Source of the DNA: Armatimonadota bacterium | GTDB lineage: Bacteria > Bacillota > Desulfotomaculia > Desulfotomaculales > Nap2-2B | Reading direction: 5' to 3' | Length of the DNA: 64,000 nt | Assembly (NCBI GenBank): GCA_023511535.1 | Contig: JAIMBK010000009.1 | Location: 643 to 64,642 of the forward strand | In this document: piece by piece, positions 18,633 through 27,719 of the stretch | How the letters are laid out: every line of letters starts with the position of its first letter | Position numbering within the stretch: position 1 is the stretch's first letter | Notes under the pieces: generated by a model | What the model was told of the DNA's origin: nothing | Database searches by the model: none | The model's input: the letters and a program-made list of their open reading frames with translations, nothing else | Made by a program: the position numbers and the translations under genes

Positions 18633-19589
18633 GTGAAAACACCTGCCCGAGGTGACCTGGATGTGGTAAAAATTAGAATGTGGCCGGATAACGGCACAAA
18701 ACTTTCCCCAAAACCGTCCCCAAAACTGTCTGAGAAAAATAAAACCGAGCCGAAAAAAGACAGTTTGGCCGGCCTGAATGTCCAGGAAATCTTAAGCGAA
18801 TTAAACTCGTTGATCGGGCTGCGGGAAATTAAAAAGCTGATTGGCGAAATCTACGCCCTGGTGGAGATTCAAAAAAGGCGCCAAAAAGAAAAGCTGCCGG
18901 TGGAGCCCCAGGTGCTGCACATGATTTTCAAAGGAAACCCCGGCACGGGAAAGACGACGGTGGCCAGGATTATCGGCCGCCTTTTTAAAGAAGTGGGCGT
19001 GCTGCCGAAGGGGCACCTGGTCGAGGTGGAAAGGGCCGATCTGGTCGGCGAGTATATCGGACATACGGCGCAAAAAACGCGCGAGCAATTAAAAAAGGCC
19101 CTGGGCGGCGTTTTGTTTATTGACGAAGCCTATTCGCTGGCCCGCGGCGGAGAAAAGGATTTCGGCAAAGAAGCGATCGACGTCCTGGTGAAAGGTATGG
19201 AAGACAATAAGGACAACCTCATTTTGATTCTGGCCGGCTACCGGGACGAGATGGACTGGTTCATCGAAAGCAACCCCGGCCTGCGCTCCCGCTTTCCCAT
19301 TCATTTGAGTTTTCCCGATTATACCATTGACGAATTGCTGGCGATTGCCGATTTAATGCTGTTCAGGAGGCATTACGTTTTCTCCCCGGGAGCCAGGGAA
19401 GAACTGCGCCTGCTCCTGGAAAAGGAGGCGGTTACCCACCGCCACAACGGCAACGCCCGGCTGGTCCGCAACTTTATCGAAAAGTCCATCCGGCAGCAGG
19501 CGGTCCGGCTGGTCCAAAAGAAAGAGGTTACCCGGGAAGAACTGATGACTATTACGCGGGAGGATATTTTGCAGGCAAAATTAAATTAG
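18633..19589 (+). CDS. spoVK: stage V sporulation protein K-type AAA+ ATPase
   Basis: Walker A GNPGTGKTT, Walker B VLFIDEAYSL, CbbX/SpoVK-type GYRDEMDWF and NPGLRSRF. Start is uncertain. Confidence 0.8.
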   Translation: MKTPARGDLDVVKIRMWPDNGTKLSPKPSPKLSEKNKTEPKKDSLAGLNVQEILSELNSLIGLREIKKLIGEIYALVEIQKRRQKEKLPVEPQVLHMIFKGNPGTGKTTVARIIGRLFKEVGVLPKGHLVEVERADLVGEYIGHTAQKTREQLKKALGGVLFIDEAYSLARGGEKDFGKEAIDVLVKGMEDNKDNLILILAGYRDEMDWFIESNPGLRSRFPIHLSFPDYTIDELLAIADLMLFRRHYVFSPGAREELRLLLEKEAVTHRHNGNARLVRNFIEKSIRQQAVRLVQKKEVTREELMTITREDILQAKLN

Positions 19590-19668
19590 GAATTGGGGGG
19601 TGGGAATTAGGAATTGGGGTTTGTATTGTACCCCCAATTCCTGGTTCCTGATTCCCAATTCCCAATTA
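19588..19668. repeat. long imperfect hairpin built from GGGAATT / AATTCCC heptamer units
   Basis: G-rich arm GGAATTGGGGGGTGGGAATTAGGAATTGGGG, loop TTTGTATTGTA, C-rich arm CCCCCAATTCCTGGTTCCTGATTCCCAATTCCCAATT. The inner stem AGGAATTGGGG/CCCCAATTCCT is perfect. Confidence 0.8.
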
Positions 19669-19682
19669 CTATCTGTTCAGGG

Positions 19683-20933
19683 GTGAATACACTTTTGACC
19701 GATCATAACCTGCTGGACCTGGCCGAAGAGGTGGAAAAAGAAGCCCGGCCCATTTACCAAAAAATTGAGAAAACGGCTTTCTGCAACCAGCAACGGGTGC
19801 TGGACGCCTTCCGGCGGGCCAGGGTGAGCGACTTCCACCTGAAGGGGTCGACGGGCTACGGATACGGCGACCAAGGGCGGGAAACCCTGGAAAGGGTGTA
19901 CGCGGAAGTTTTCGGCGCCGAAAAAGCACTGGTCAGGGGCCAGATTGTCAGCGGGACGCACGCGCTGGCGCTGTGCTTTTTCGGAATCCTGCGCCCGGGG
20001 GACGAACTGCTGGCCGTCCAGGGCCAGCCGTACGATACGCTGCAGGCAATCATCGGCACGGCAAAAAAGGCGCCGGGGAACCTCCGGGAATGGGGCGTAT
20101 CCTACCGCCAGGTAGAACTTTTGCCGGACGGAACCCCGGATTGGGCAGGAATTGCCGGCGCCGTCAGCGACCGGACGAGGATGGTTTTCCTGCAGCGCTC
20201 GCGCGGATATACAAACCGGCCTTCCCTGAATCTGCAGGAAATGAAGAAATTGATTTCATTTCTCAAAAGTCGCAAACCGGACGTTGTGGTGTGCGTGGAC
20301 AACTGCTACGGTGAATTTGTGGAAGACGCCGAACCGCCGGCAATCGGCGCCGACCTTGCCGCGGGGTCTTTAATCAAAAATCCCGGCGGGGGGCTGGCTC
20401 CCGGCGGAGGTTACGTCGTTGGACAGGCCCGCTATGTGGAGATGGCCGCCAGCCGCTGGACCGCCCCGGGGATCGGCGGTGAAGTAGGCCCCGCCCCGGA
20501 ATTTCAACGGCTTTTGTTCCAGGGGCTGTTTATCGCCCCCCACGTGGTGGCCGAGGCCCTGAAGGGGGCGGTTTTTGCCGCCCGCTTCTGCGAGCGCCTG
20601 GGCTTTGCCGTGTCACCTTCGTACCGGGAAGAACGCACCGACATCATCCAGGAGATCACCCTGGGCTCCCGGGAGCGCCTGCTGGCCTTTTGCCGGGGGA
20701 TTCAAAGCGCCTCGCCGGTGGACGCCCACGTTCGCCCCGAACCGGCGCCCCTGCCGGGGTACAGCGACCCCGTGATTATGGCGGCCGGCACGTTTGTCCA
20801 GGGGGCTTCTTTAGAACTCAGCGCCGATGCGCCCGTAAAGGAACCGTACCGGGTTTACCTGCAGGGGGGCTTAACGAAGGAGCACGTGACACTGGCGGTA
20901 ATTTCGGCGGCTAAAGAAATGCTGGGGAAATAA
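19683..20933 (+). CDS. PLP-dependent Cys/Met-metabolism family protein (YnbB / aluminium-resistance-protein-like)
   Basis: N-terminal region (FHLKGSTGYGYGDQGRETLERVYAEVFGAEKALVR) and length resemble the YnbB family. The start was placed after the hairpin. Confidence 0.7.
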   Translation: MNTLLTDHNLLDLAEEVEKEARPIYQKIEKTAFCNQQRVLDAFRRARVSDFHLKGSTGYGYGDQGRETLERVYAEVFGAEKALVRGQIVSGTHALALCFFGILRPGDELLAVQGQPYDTLQAIIGTAKKAPGNLREWGVSYRQVELLPDGTPDWAGIAGAVSDRTRMVFLQRSRGYTNRPSLNLQEMKKLISFLKSRKPDVVVCVDNCYGEFVEDAEPPAIGADLAAGSLIKNPGGGLAPGGGYVVGQARYVEMAASRWTAPGIGGEVGPAPEFQRLLFQGLFIAPHVVAEALKGAVFAARFCERLGFAVSPSYREERTDIIQEITLGSRERLLAFCRGIQSASPVDAHVRPEPAPLPGYSDPVIMAAGTFVQGASLELSADAPVKEPYRVYLQGGLTKEHVTLAVISAAKEMLGK

Positions 20934-20944
20934 AGGTGACAGCG

Positions 20945-21844
20945 ATGAACTTAAGGCAGCTCGAAGTATTTTTGTGGGTGGCCGAACTGAAAAGCTTTAC
21001 CGGGGCGGCTAAGCACCTGTTTATGAGCCAGCCGGCGGTCAGCTTCCAGATCCGTGCCCTGGAGGAAGAACTGGGGGTTAAACTGTTCTGGCGCAACGAA
21101 AAGAACGTCACCCTTACCGAAGCCGGGCGCCTGTTGTATCCGGAGGTCCGGCAGATGGTCGGCCACTTCTATAAACTCAAGTCCGGGCTGGAAGATTTAA
21201 AAGGCCTGCGCACGGGCCGCCTGGAGATCGGAGCCAGCACCATCCCCGGCGAATACGTGCTGCCGCTTCTGATCGGAGATTTCCGCCGGATCTACCCGGG
21301 CATTCAGATCAGCCTGCGGATCGGCGGCAGCGGGGAAGTGGAAAAGTGGCTCCTCGACCGGGAAATCGATCTGGGCTTTACCGGCGTTTTCGTCGCCGGC
21401 AAAGATGTTCAGTGTCTGCCCTGGATCGACGACCGCCTCGTCCTGATCGTCCCCCCCGACCACCCCTGGGGACTGAAGAAGAGCGTGGAACTTTCCGAAC
21501 TGATCAAAGAACCACTTATTTTACGCGAGCCGGGTTCCGGCACCCGGCGGACCTTTGAAGCCAAACTGGCGGGCAAAGAGATTACCCTGGCGCAATGCAA
21601 CGTTGCCATGGAACTGGGCAGCACGCGGGCAATCATCACAGCGGTCCAGGCCGGCCTGGGGGTGGGGGTGGTTTCCTTTTGGGCCGCGCAGGAGCCGTTG
21701 CTTCTGGAACGGGTGCGGGAAGCGGTTTTAAAAGACCTTGACCTGCAAAGAAAATTATACGTTGCCCGCAGCAAGAACCGGATTAACAACTACGCCGCTG
21801 ACGCCTTTTTCGAATTTATTTTTCAGCAAGCGGAGGTTTTTTGA
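20945..21844 (+). CDS. LysR-family transcriptional regulator
   Basis: N-terminal wHTH MNLRQLEVFLWVAELKSFTGAAKHLFMSQPAVSFQIRALEEELG plus a substrate-binding domain. Confidence 0.88.
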   Translation: MNLRQLEVFLWVAELKSFTGAAKHLFMSQPAVSFQIRALEEELGVKLFWRNEKNVTLTEAGRLLYPEVRQMVGHFYKLKSGLEDLKGLRTGRLEIGASTIPGEYVLPLLIGDFRRIYPGIQISLRIGGSGEVEKWLLDREIDLGFTGVFVAGKDVQCLPWIDDRLVLIVPPDHPWGLKKSVELSELIKEPLILREPGSGTRRTFEAKLAGKEITLAQCNVAMELGSTRAIITAVQAGLGVGVVSFWAAQEPLLLERVREAVLKDLDLQRKLYVARSKNRINNYAADAFFEFIFQQAEVF

Positions 21845-23445
21845 TGGCCTTACCCAAAACAAGGTACTTTCCCCTCCGCCACAAGCTGGCCCTGCTTTCT
21901 TTCGTTTCCGCGGCCCTCGCCGTGTTGATCGGCGGGCTGATCATCACCGTAAAAATCTCGGGGATGCTGGAGGCGGAGATGGGCAACCGCGCCCTGGCCA
22001 TCGCCCGCACGCTGGCCCAGATGGAAATCATTCAAACCAATGTGGGCCGGGCGGGCGGGGAAAAGGCGATTCAGCCCATTGCAGAAAAAACCCGGCTGGC
22101 GACGGGCGTTGATTATATCGTGGTTGTTGATCTGCAAAGAATCCGCTATTCCCACCCCGTAGCGGAGCGGATCGGAAAACTATTCGAGGACGAAGACATC
22201 GGCCCCGCCCTGCACGATCACGAATACGTATCCTATACGGCGGGCGTCATGGGCCCTTCGGTGCGCGCCTTTGTACCCGTGAAGACCGACGAAGGAACCC
22301 GGCAGGTGGGGGTGGTGGTGGTCGGCGTGCTTACCCCTTCGGCACGGGAATTGCTGGGGGCCATCCAGCCGCAGATCTATCCTTCCCTGGCGGTGGGCCT
22401 GCTGGTGGGCGTAATCGGCTCCCTTTTTTTAGCCAACCGGATTAAAGGTGCCATGTTCGGGATGGAACCGGAGGAAATCGGGCGTCTTCTGGAGGAGCGC
22501 AATGCCACTTTTCAGGCTATGGGGGAAGGAATTATTGCCATTGACAACCGGGAAAACATCACCCTGGTGAACCACGAGGCGGGACGCCTCTTGGGGATTG
22601 ACGAAACGGTGGTGGGCCGCCCCGCCGGCGAAGTGTTCGCCAGGGACTTCCTTTCCCAGGTTTTAAAGAGCGGGGAGCCGGAATTAAACCAGGAAATCGC
22701 CTTCAACGGCGCAACGGTGATCAGCAACTGCGTCCCCATCAAGGTGGGGGGCGCGGTGGTGGGAGCGGTGGCTACCCTGCGGGATAAAACGGAGTTAAAC
22801 CGGCTGGCGGAAGAACTGACCGGCGTGAAAACATTTATTGAAGCTTTGCGGGTTCAGAACCACGAGTACATGAATAAACTGCACACCATTGCCGGGCTGA
22901 TCCAGCTGAACAAGCCGGACCAGGCGCTGGACCTCATTTTTCAGGTAACCGAAGAACAGGAAGAGATGACTAACTTTTTAACGCGCCAGATCCGGGAGTA
23001 CAGCATCGCCGGGCTCTTGCTGGGAAAATACAGCCGCGCCAAAGAACTGCAAATCAACATGACCATCGACCGCCGGAGCCGGCTGCCGGCCTTGTCCCCG
23101 GTAACCGGCGCCGCGGACCTGGTAGTTATTTTGGGCAATTTACTGGAAAACGCCATGGATGCCGTTAAAGAGCTGCCCCCTCCCCAAAGGCACATTTACC
23201 TGGGCATTTTTGACCAAAAAAACGAACTGCAGATTATTGTCCGGGATTCCGGGGCGGGCATCCCGGAAGAACTGCAGGAGCGGATTTTCGAGCGGGGGGT
23301 CTCGACCAAAGCCCAGGGGCGCGGCCTTGGGCTGTACCTGGTCAAGGCGCACCTCAACCGCCTGGGCGGCGCCCTGGAGATCCAATCCCAACCGCAGCGG
23401 GGGACGGAGATTAGAATCGGTATTCCAAAGGAGGCCCGCTTCTAA
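21844..23445 (+). CDS. sensor histidine kinase, CitA/DcuS (DctS) family
   Basis: Two TM segments flank a periplasmic PAS-like domain, followed by a cytoplasmic PAS. SpoOB-like HisKA region (NHEYMNKLHTIAGLIQL), then N, G1 and G2 boxes (LGNLLENAMDA, DSGAGI, GRGLGL). Confidence 0.82.
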   Translation: MALPKTRYFPLRHKLALLSFVSAALAVLIGGLIITVKISGMLEAEMGNRALAIARTLAQMEIIQTNVGRAGGEKAIQPIAEKTRLATGVDYIVVVDLQRIRYSHPVAERIGKLFEDEDIGPALHDHEYVSYTAGVMGPSVRAFVPVKTDEGTRQVGVVVVGVLTPSARELLGAIQPQIYPSLAVGLLVGVIGSLFLANRIKGAMFGMEPEEIGRLLEERNATFQAMGEGIIAIDNRENITLVNHEAGRLLGIDETVVGRPAGEVFARDFLSQVLKSGEPELNQEIAFNGATVISNCVPIKVGGAVVGAVATLRDKTELNRLAEELTGVKTFIEALRVQNHEYMNKLHTIAGLIQLNKPDQALDLIFQVTEEQEEMTNFLTRQIREYSIAGLLLGKYSRAKELQINMTIDRRSRLPALSPVTGAADLVVILGNLLENAMDAVKELPPPQRHIYLGIFDQKNELQIIVRDSGAGIPEELQERIFERGVSTKAQGRGLGLYLVKAHLNRLGGALEIQSQPQRGTEIRIGIPKEARF

Positions 23446-24131
23446 TGGATCTTATCGACGTAGTTATTGTCGAAGACGACCCCATGGTGATCGAAATTAA
23501 CCGCAGCTTCGTCAACGCCGTCCCCGGCTTTCGGGTGACCGGGGTGGCCAAAACGGGCGGGGAAGCCCTGGCCGTCATCAAAGAACTGGTCCCCGCCCTG
23601 GCCCTCCTGGACGTTTACCTGCCCGACATCAACGGCGTGCTCACCCTGCAGGAAATCAGGAAGCAGGGTCTGCCGACCGATGTGATCCTGGTGACCGCGG
23701 CCCACGACGCCGAAACGATCCAAAATGCTTTCCGCTACGGCGCCGTCGACTACATTATTAAACCGTTTAAATTTAACCGGCTCCAGGCGGCCCTGGAAAA
23801 TTACGCTCTGTTAAGGAAGCGCCTCAGCAAAAAAACCCATTTCCAGCAAGAGGACCTGGACGGCCTGCCGCTTAACCGGAGAAACGCCGGCAGCCCGGAC
23901 AGCCCGGACGACCTGCCCAAGGGGTTGAATAAATTAACCCTCCGGCAGATCTTGCTTTACCTGCTCAAGCAAAAGCAGCCCCTCTCGGCGGAAGAAATCG
24001 CCGCCGAACTGGGCCTGGCGCGGGTAACCGCCAGGCGCTACCTGGAATACCTCTTCCTGCAGAAGAAGGTTGATCTGGAACTGCAGTATGGGTCCGTAGG
24101 CCGCCCGGTCAAAAAATACCGGGCCCTTTAA
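23445..24131 (+). CDS. response regulator, CitB/DcuR (DctR) family
   Basis: Receiver domain (VVIVEDDP, LLDVYLPD, KPF) plus a C-terminal HTH. The ATG overlaps the kinase stop (TAATG). Confidence 0.82.
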   Translation: MDLIDVVIVEDDPMVIEINRSFVNAVPGFRVTGVAKTGGEALAVIKELVPALALLDVYLPDINGVLTLQEIRKQGLPTDVILVTAAHDAETIQNAFRYGAVDYIIKPFKFNRLQAALENYALLRKRLSKKTHFQQEDLDGLPLNRRNAGSPDSPDDLPKGLNKLTLRQILLYLLKQKQPLSAEEIAAELGLARVTARRYLEYLFLQKKVDLELQYGSVGRPVKKYRAL

Positions 24132-24207
24132 GACCAAAAAGACCATAAATACAAATATGGTCAGAATATTGTAATTTTTAATTAGCTAAACTAAAATATA
24201 TTTGGTC
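24132..24207. promoter_or_regulatory. cluster of four GACCA/TGGTC half-sites (candidate response-regulator operator)
   Basis: GACCA at 24132 and 24141, TGGTC at 24158 and 24203. The central GACCATA-n8-TATGGTC is a 7-bp inverted repeat in an AT-rich spacer upstream of the binding-protein gene. Confidence 0.4.
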
Positions 24208-24295
24208 TATTTTCAGAATAATTAATCTAAAATCTTCCAAAAAAAGCGAAAATAATCGTCTTCAGGACAAAGTATCTTCCTTAATTTAATTCCTG

Positions 24296-24320
24296 CCCCC
24301 TCATCCCTCATCCCTAATCC
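24296..24320. repeat. CCCTCAT/CCCTAAT heptamer triplet
   Basis: CCCTCAT CCCTCAT CCCTAAT at 24298-24318. This is the reverse complement of the ATTAGGG/ATGAGGG family. Confidence 0.75.
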
Positions 24321-24347
24321 ATACTCTTAGGGGGAGTTTTTGTCAAA

Positions 24348-25376
24348 GTGAAGCACCTGTATTTTTTTCTGGTCATTTGCGCAGCGGCGGCGGTGTTGGC
24401 CGGCTGCGCGAAAAGAGCGCCCGACCGCGAGCAGGTAAATCCCGGCGAAAAAATTGTGATCAAGTTTTCGCACGTGGTTGCGGAGGATACGCCGAAAGGG
24501 CTGGCGGCATTACGCTTTGCCCGGCTGGTGGAGGAGCGTACCAACGGGCGGGTGGAAGTGCAGGTTTTCCCAAATTCAGTATTGTACAAGGACGGGGAGG
24601 AACTGACCGCCCTGGAAGAAAACAAGGTTCAGCTGATTGCCCCGACCACTTCGAAACTCGGTGAAATGTTCCCGGAAATGCAACTGTTTGACCTGCCGTA
24701 CGCTTTTGCCGACACCGCCCAGGTGCACCGGGCCACGGACGGTGAAATAGGAAAAAAGCTGGCCGCTGTAATGGGCAAAAACAACCTTCTGCCCCTGGCC
24801 TACTGGGACAACGGTTTTAAGCAGATGACCAGCAGCCGGCGGCGGCTGATTTATCCCGCCGATTTTTACGGGTTGACTTTCCGGGTGATGATCAACAGCA
24901 AGGTGCTGGAGGAGCAGTTTCGCGCCTTTGGAGCCAAAACGGTGCAGCTGCCCTTCAACGAAGTTTATCAGGCCCTGGCCAGCGGGGCGGTGGAAGGGCA
25001 GGAAAACACCATGTCCAACATCCTGTCCCAAAAATTTTACGAAGTCCAGCCCTACATGACAATCAGCAACCACGGTTTTATGTGCTACGTGGTTTTAACC
25101 AACGCCCAATTCTGGAATTCGCTGCCCGGGGATATCCGGAAAATTTTAGAAGAAACGATGGCCGAAGTAACGGCCTGGGAAAGGAAAAAGGCGGAGGAAT
25201 TAAACGACCGCGACCTGGCCAAGATTAAGACTTCCGGCAAGGTGCAAATCCACGTCCAGACGGAAGAGGAAAGAAAGATCTGGAAAAAAGTATGGGATCC
25301 GCTCTACGACCGGTTTGCACCTGTTGTCGGAACTGACCTAATTCAAGCCCTCCGCGATCTCCAGCAGCAGTCTTAG
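24348..25376 (+). CDS. TRAP-transporter-type (DctP family) solute-binding lipoprotein, orphan (no DctQ/DctM adjacent)
   Basis: Lipoprotein signal MKHLYFFLVICAAAAVLAGC. DctP-family features (FSHVVAEDTPKG, WDNGFKQMT, QENTMSN). Confidence 0.85.
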   Translation: MKHLYFFLVICAAAAVLAGCAKRAPDREQVNPGEKIVIKFSHVVAEDTPKGLAALRFARLVEERTNGRVEVQVFPNSVLYKDGEELTALEENKVQLIAPTTSKLGEMFPEMQLFDLPYAFADTAQVHRATDGEIGKKLAAVMGKNNLLPLAYWDNGFKQMTSSRRRLIYPADFYGLTFRVMINSKVLEEQFRAFGAKTVQLPFNEVYQALASGAVEGQENTMSNILSQKFYEVQPYMTISNHGFMCYVVLTNAQFWNSLPGDIRKILEETMAEVTAWERKKAEELNDRDLAKIKTSGKVQIHVQTEEERKIWKKVWDPLYDRFAPVVGTDLIQALRDLQQQS

Positions 25377-25534
25377 CAGCGTTGCAGCCGCCAGCCCTGG
25401 AAACATTGCCGCAAGTGAAGATAATCCAAAAGGGGGTGGGAAAAGAAAAGGTGAGGTTCCCGGATGAAGGGTGAGCAGACAAATCTTGCGGAAGGAGTTT
25501 TGGGAAAATTAGAAAATTGGGAAGGAGTGAAACA

Positions 25535-26773
25535 ATGAAGAAAACCTTGAGCATTTCAGCAGTTGCGTTAATGTTGATCGGAGCGCTGATCATCGCCGGC
25601 TGCGGCGGAGGAAAGCAACAGGCGCCAAAAACAGAAGCGAAAAAGGAAACCGTTAAAGTGGGGGTAATTCTTCCCCTGACCGGCAGCGAGGCCATGTTTG
25701 GAGCCATGGAGAAAAATTCCATGGAAATGGCCTACGAGGAACTGAAGGCGGCCGGCAAAACGACCGTCGGCGGCAAGGAAATCGAGCTGAAGTTTGAAGA
25801 CGACCAGAGCAAACAGGACGCCGCAAAAGCAGCCGCGGAAAAGTTGATTAACCAGGACAAGGTGGCCATGCTCAGCGGCGGCTACAGCAGCGCCAATACC
25901 AACGTCATCGCCGGGACGGCCCAATCCAAGGGAATCCCCTTTCTCATTGTGACCGGTTCCGCGGATAAAATCACCCAGCAGGGGTGGCAATGGATCTTTA
26001 GAGGCACCGCCGCTCCGGCCAGCAAATATACCGGAGCGCTCTGGGATTTAATAGACAAGGTGATTAAGCCCAAGAGCGTGGCGATCATTTACGAAAACAC
26101 CGATTTCGGCACCAGTTCGGCCGAAGGATTTCGGAAGGTTTGCAAAGAAAAGGGAATCAACATCGTTTTCGACCAGGCTTATGAAAAAGGCGCCATCGAT
26201 TTTAAGCCCATGCTGGCGAACATGAAGAAAACCAATCCGGACGTGGTTTTCGCGGTGTCCTACGTGATGGACGCTTCCCTGATCGCCAAGCAGATGAAAG
26301 AGCTTGACTTCAACACTAAGCTGTTCATCGGCGGCGCCGCCGGCTACACCATGCCGGAATTCAAGGAAAACGCCGGGGACGCTTCTGAATACGTGGCCTC
26401 GACGACCCTCTGGATCCCCAACGTAGCCTGGAAAGGAGCGGCCGATTACTTTAAGAAGTATAAAGAAAAATACGGCAAAGAACCCGACTATCACGGCGCC
26501 CAGGCTTACGCCACCATGTATATCATTGCGGACGCTTTAGGCCGGGCGAAGGATTTCACTCCTGCGGGAATCCAGAAAGCCCTGAAGGAAACCGACCTGA
26601 TGACCATTATGGGACCCATCAAGTTTGAGGACTGGGAAGGTTATACCAACCAGGACAAGCCGACTACTTATGTAGTGCAGTGGCAGAAAGGTAAACTGGA
26701 GGTCGTGTGGCCCGAGGAAGCAGCCTCCGCGAAGCTGGTTTTCCCGGTGCCGAACTGGAAGGAAAGAAAATAG
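25535..26773 (+). CDS. ABC transporter substrate-binding lipoprotein, Leu/Ile/Val-binding (HAAT) family
   Basis: Lipoprotein signal MKKTLSISAVALMLIGALIIAGC. Type I periplasmic binding fold motifs (VKVGVILPLTG, DDQSKQDAA). Confidence 0.85.
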   Translation: MKKTLSISAVALMLIGALIIAGCGGGKQQAPKTEAKKETVKVGVILPLTGSEAMFGAMEKNSMEMAYEELKAAGKTTVGGKEIELKFEDDQSKQDAAKAAAEKLINQDKVAMLSGGYSSANTNVIAGTAQSKGIPFLIVTGSADKITQQGWQWIFRGTAAPASKYTGALWDLIDKVIKPKSVAIIYENTDFGTSSAEGFRKVCKEKGINIVFDQAYEKGAIDFKPMLANMKKTNPDVVFAVSYVMDASLIAKQMKELDFNTKLFIGGAAGYTMPEFKENAGDASEYVASTTLWIPNVAWKGAADYFKKYKEKYGKEPDYHGAQAYATMYIIADALGRAKDFTPAGIQKALKETDLMTIMGPIKFEDWEGYTNQDKPTTYVVQWQKGKLEVVWPEEAASAKLVFPVPNWKERK

Positions 26774-26843
26774 CCAGGAATTTCGCCGAACGGATGGGGG
26801 AGGCCTTCCCTTCCCCCATCCTTTCCGCACAGGAGGTATTTAG

Positions 26844-27719
26844 ATGTCTTTATTCGGACAGACAGTGATCTGCGGCATCCTGCTGGGCGGTATGTACGCC
26901 TTGATCGCCATCGGGATGACCCTGATCATGGGCGTGATGAAGATCATCAACCTCGCTCACGGGGCCCTGGTGATGGTAGGGATGTACATTACTTACGTTT
27001 GCTATAAATCGTGGGGCCTCGATCCATACATCGGCATGTTGATTGCCATGCCCGCCTTGTTTTTGATCGGCTGCCTGATTCAAAGGTACATGATCAACCG
27101 CCTGGTGGAAGTTGATTCGATTTTGCCGGAAAACCAGGTTTTGTTGACGGTCGGCATCATGCTCGTCCTAACGGAACTCGCGCGGCTCATTTTTAAATCC
27201 GATTACCGTTCGGTAACCACCGGCTATTCCAGCAGTACCTTCTTCGTCGGCGATATGTCCATCAGCATCCCGATGACCGTCGGCTTTTTCATTGCCATGG
27301 CCTTTACCTATTTACTGCACCTTTTCCTGACCCGTACCGATCTGGGCCGGTCGATCCGGGCCACCGCGCAGGACCGCAACGCCGCCATTTACATGGGGGT
27401 AAACGCCCCCCGGGTCACCGTGATCACGTTCGGGATCGGTTCCGCACTGGCCGCCGCCGGGGGATCGCTTTTGCTCCCCCTGTTTTACCTCTGGCCGGAC
27501 ATTGGTCACCTGTTCACGGCCAAAGCATTTATCATTACCATTCTGGGCGGAATGGGGAGCACCATGGGGGCCATCTTCGGCGGGCTCACCCTGGGAATTG
27601 CGGAATCCCTGGGCGCCACCTACATTTCCATGGGGTATAAAGACGTCGTCGGCCTGGTGATCTTTTTGCTCGTTCTGCTCTTTCTCCCCGGCGGTTTTAA
27701 GAGTTTAACAAAGAGGTGA
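26844..27719 (+). CDS. livH: branched-chain amino acid ABC transporter permease (LivH-like)
   Basis: Polytopic membrane protein with the IINLAHGAL motif typical of LivH. Confidence 0.85.
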   Translation: MSLFGQTVICGILLGGMYALIAIGMTLIMGVMKIINLAHGALVMVGMYITYVCYKSWGLDPYIGMLIAMPALFLIGCLIQRYMINRLVEVDSILPENQVLLTVGIMLVLTELARLIFKSDYRSVTTGYSSSTFFVGDMSISIPMTVGFFIAMAFTYLLHLFLTRTDLGRSIRATAQDRNAAIYMGVNAPRVTVITFGIGSALAAAGGSLLLPLFYLWPDIGHLFTAKAFIITILGGMGSTMGAIFGGLTLGIAESLGATYISMGYKDVVGLVIFLLVLLFLPGGFKSLTKR

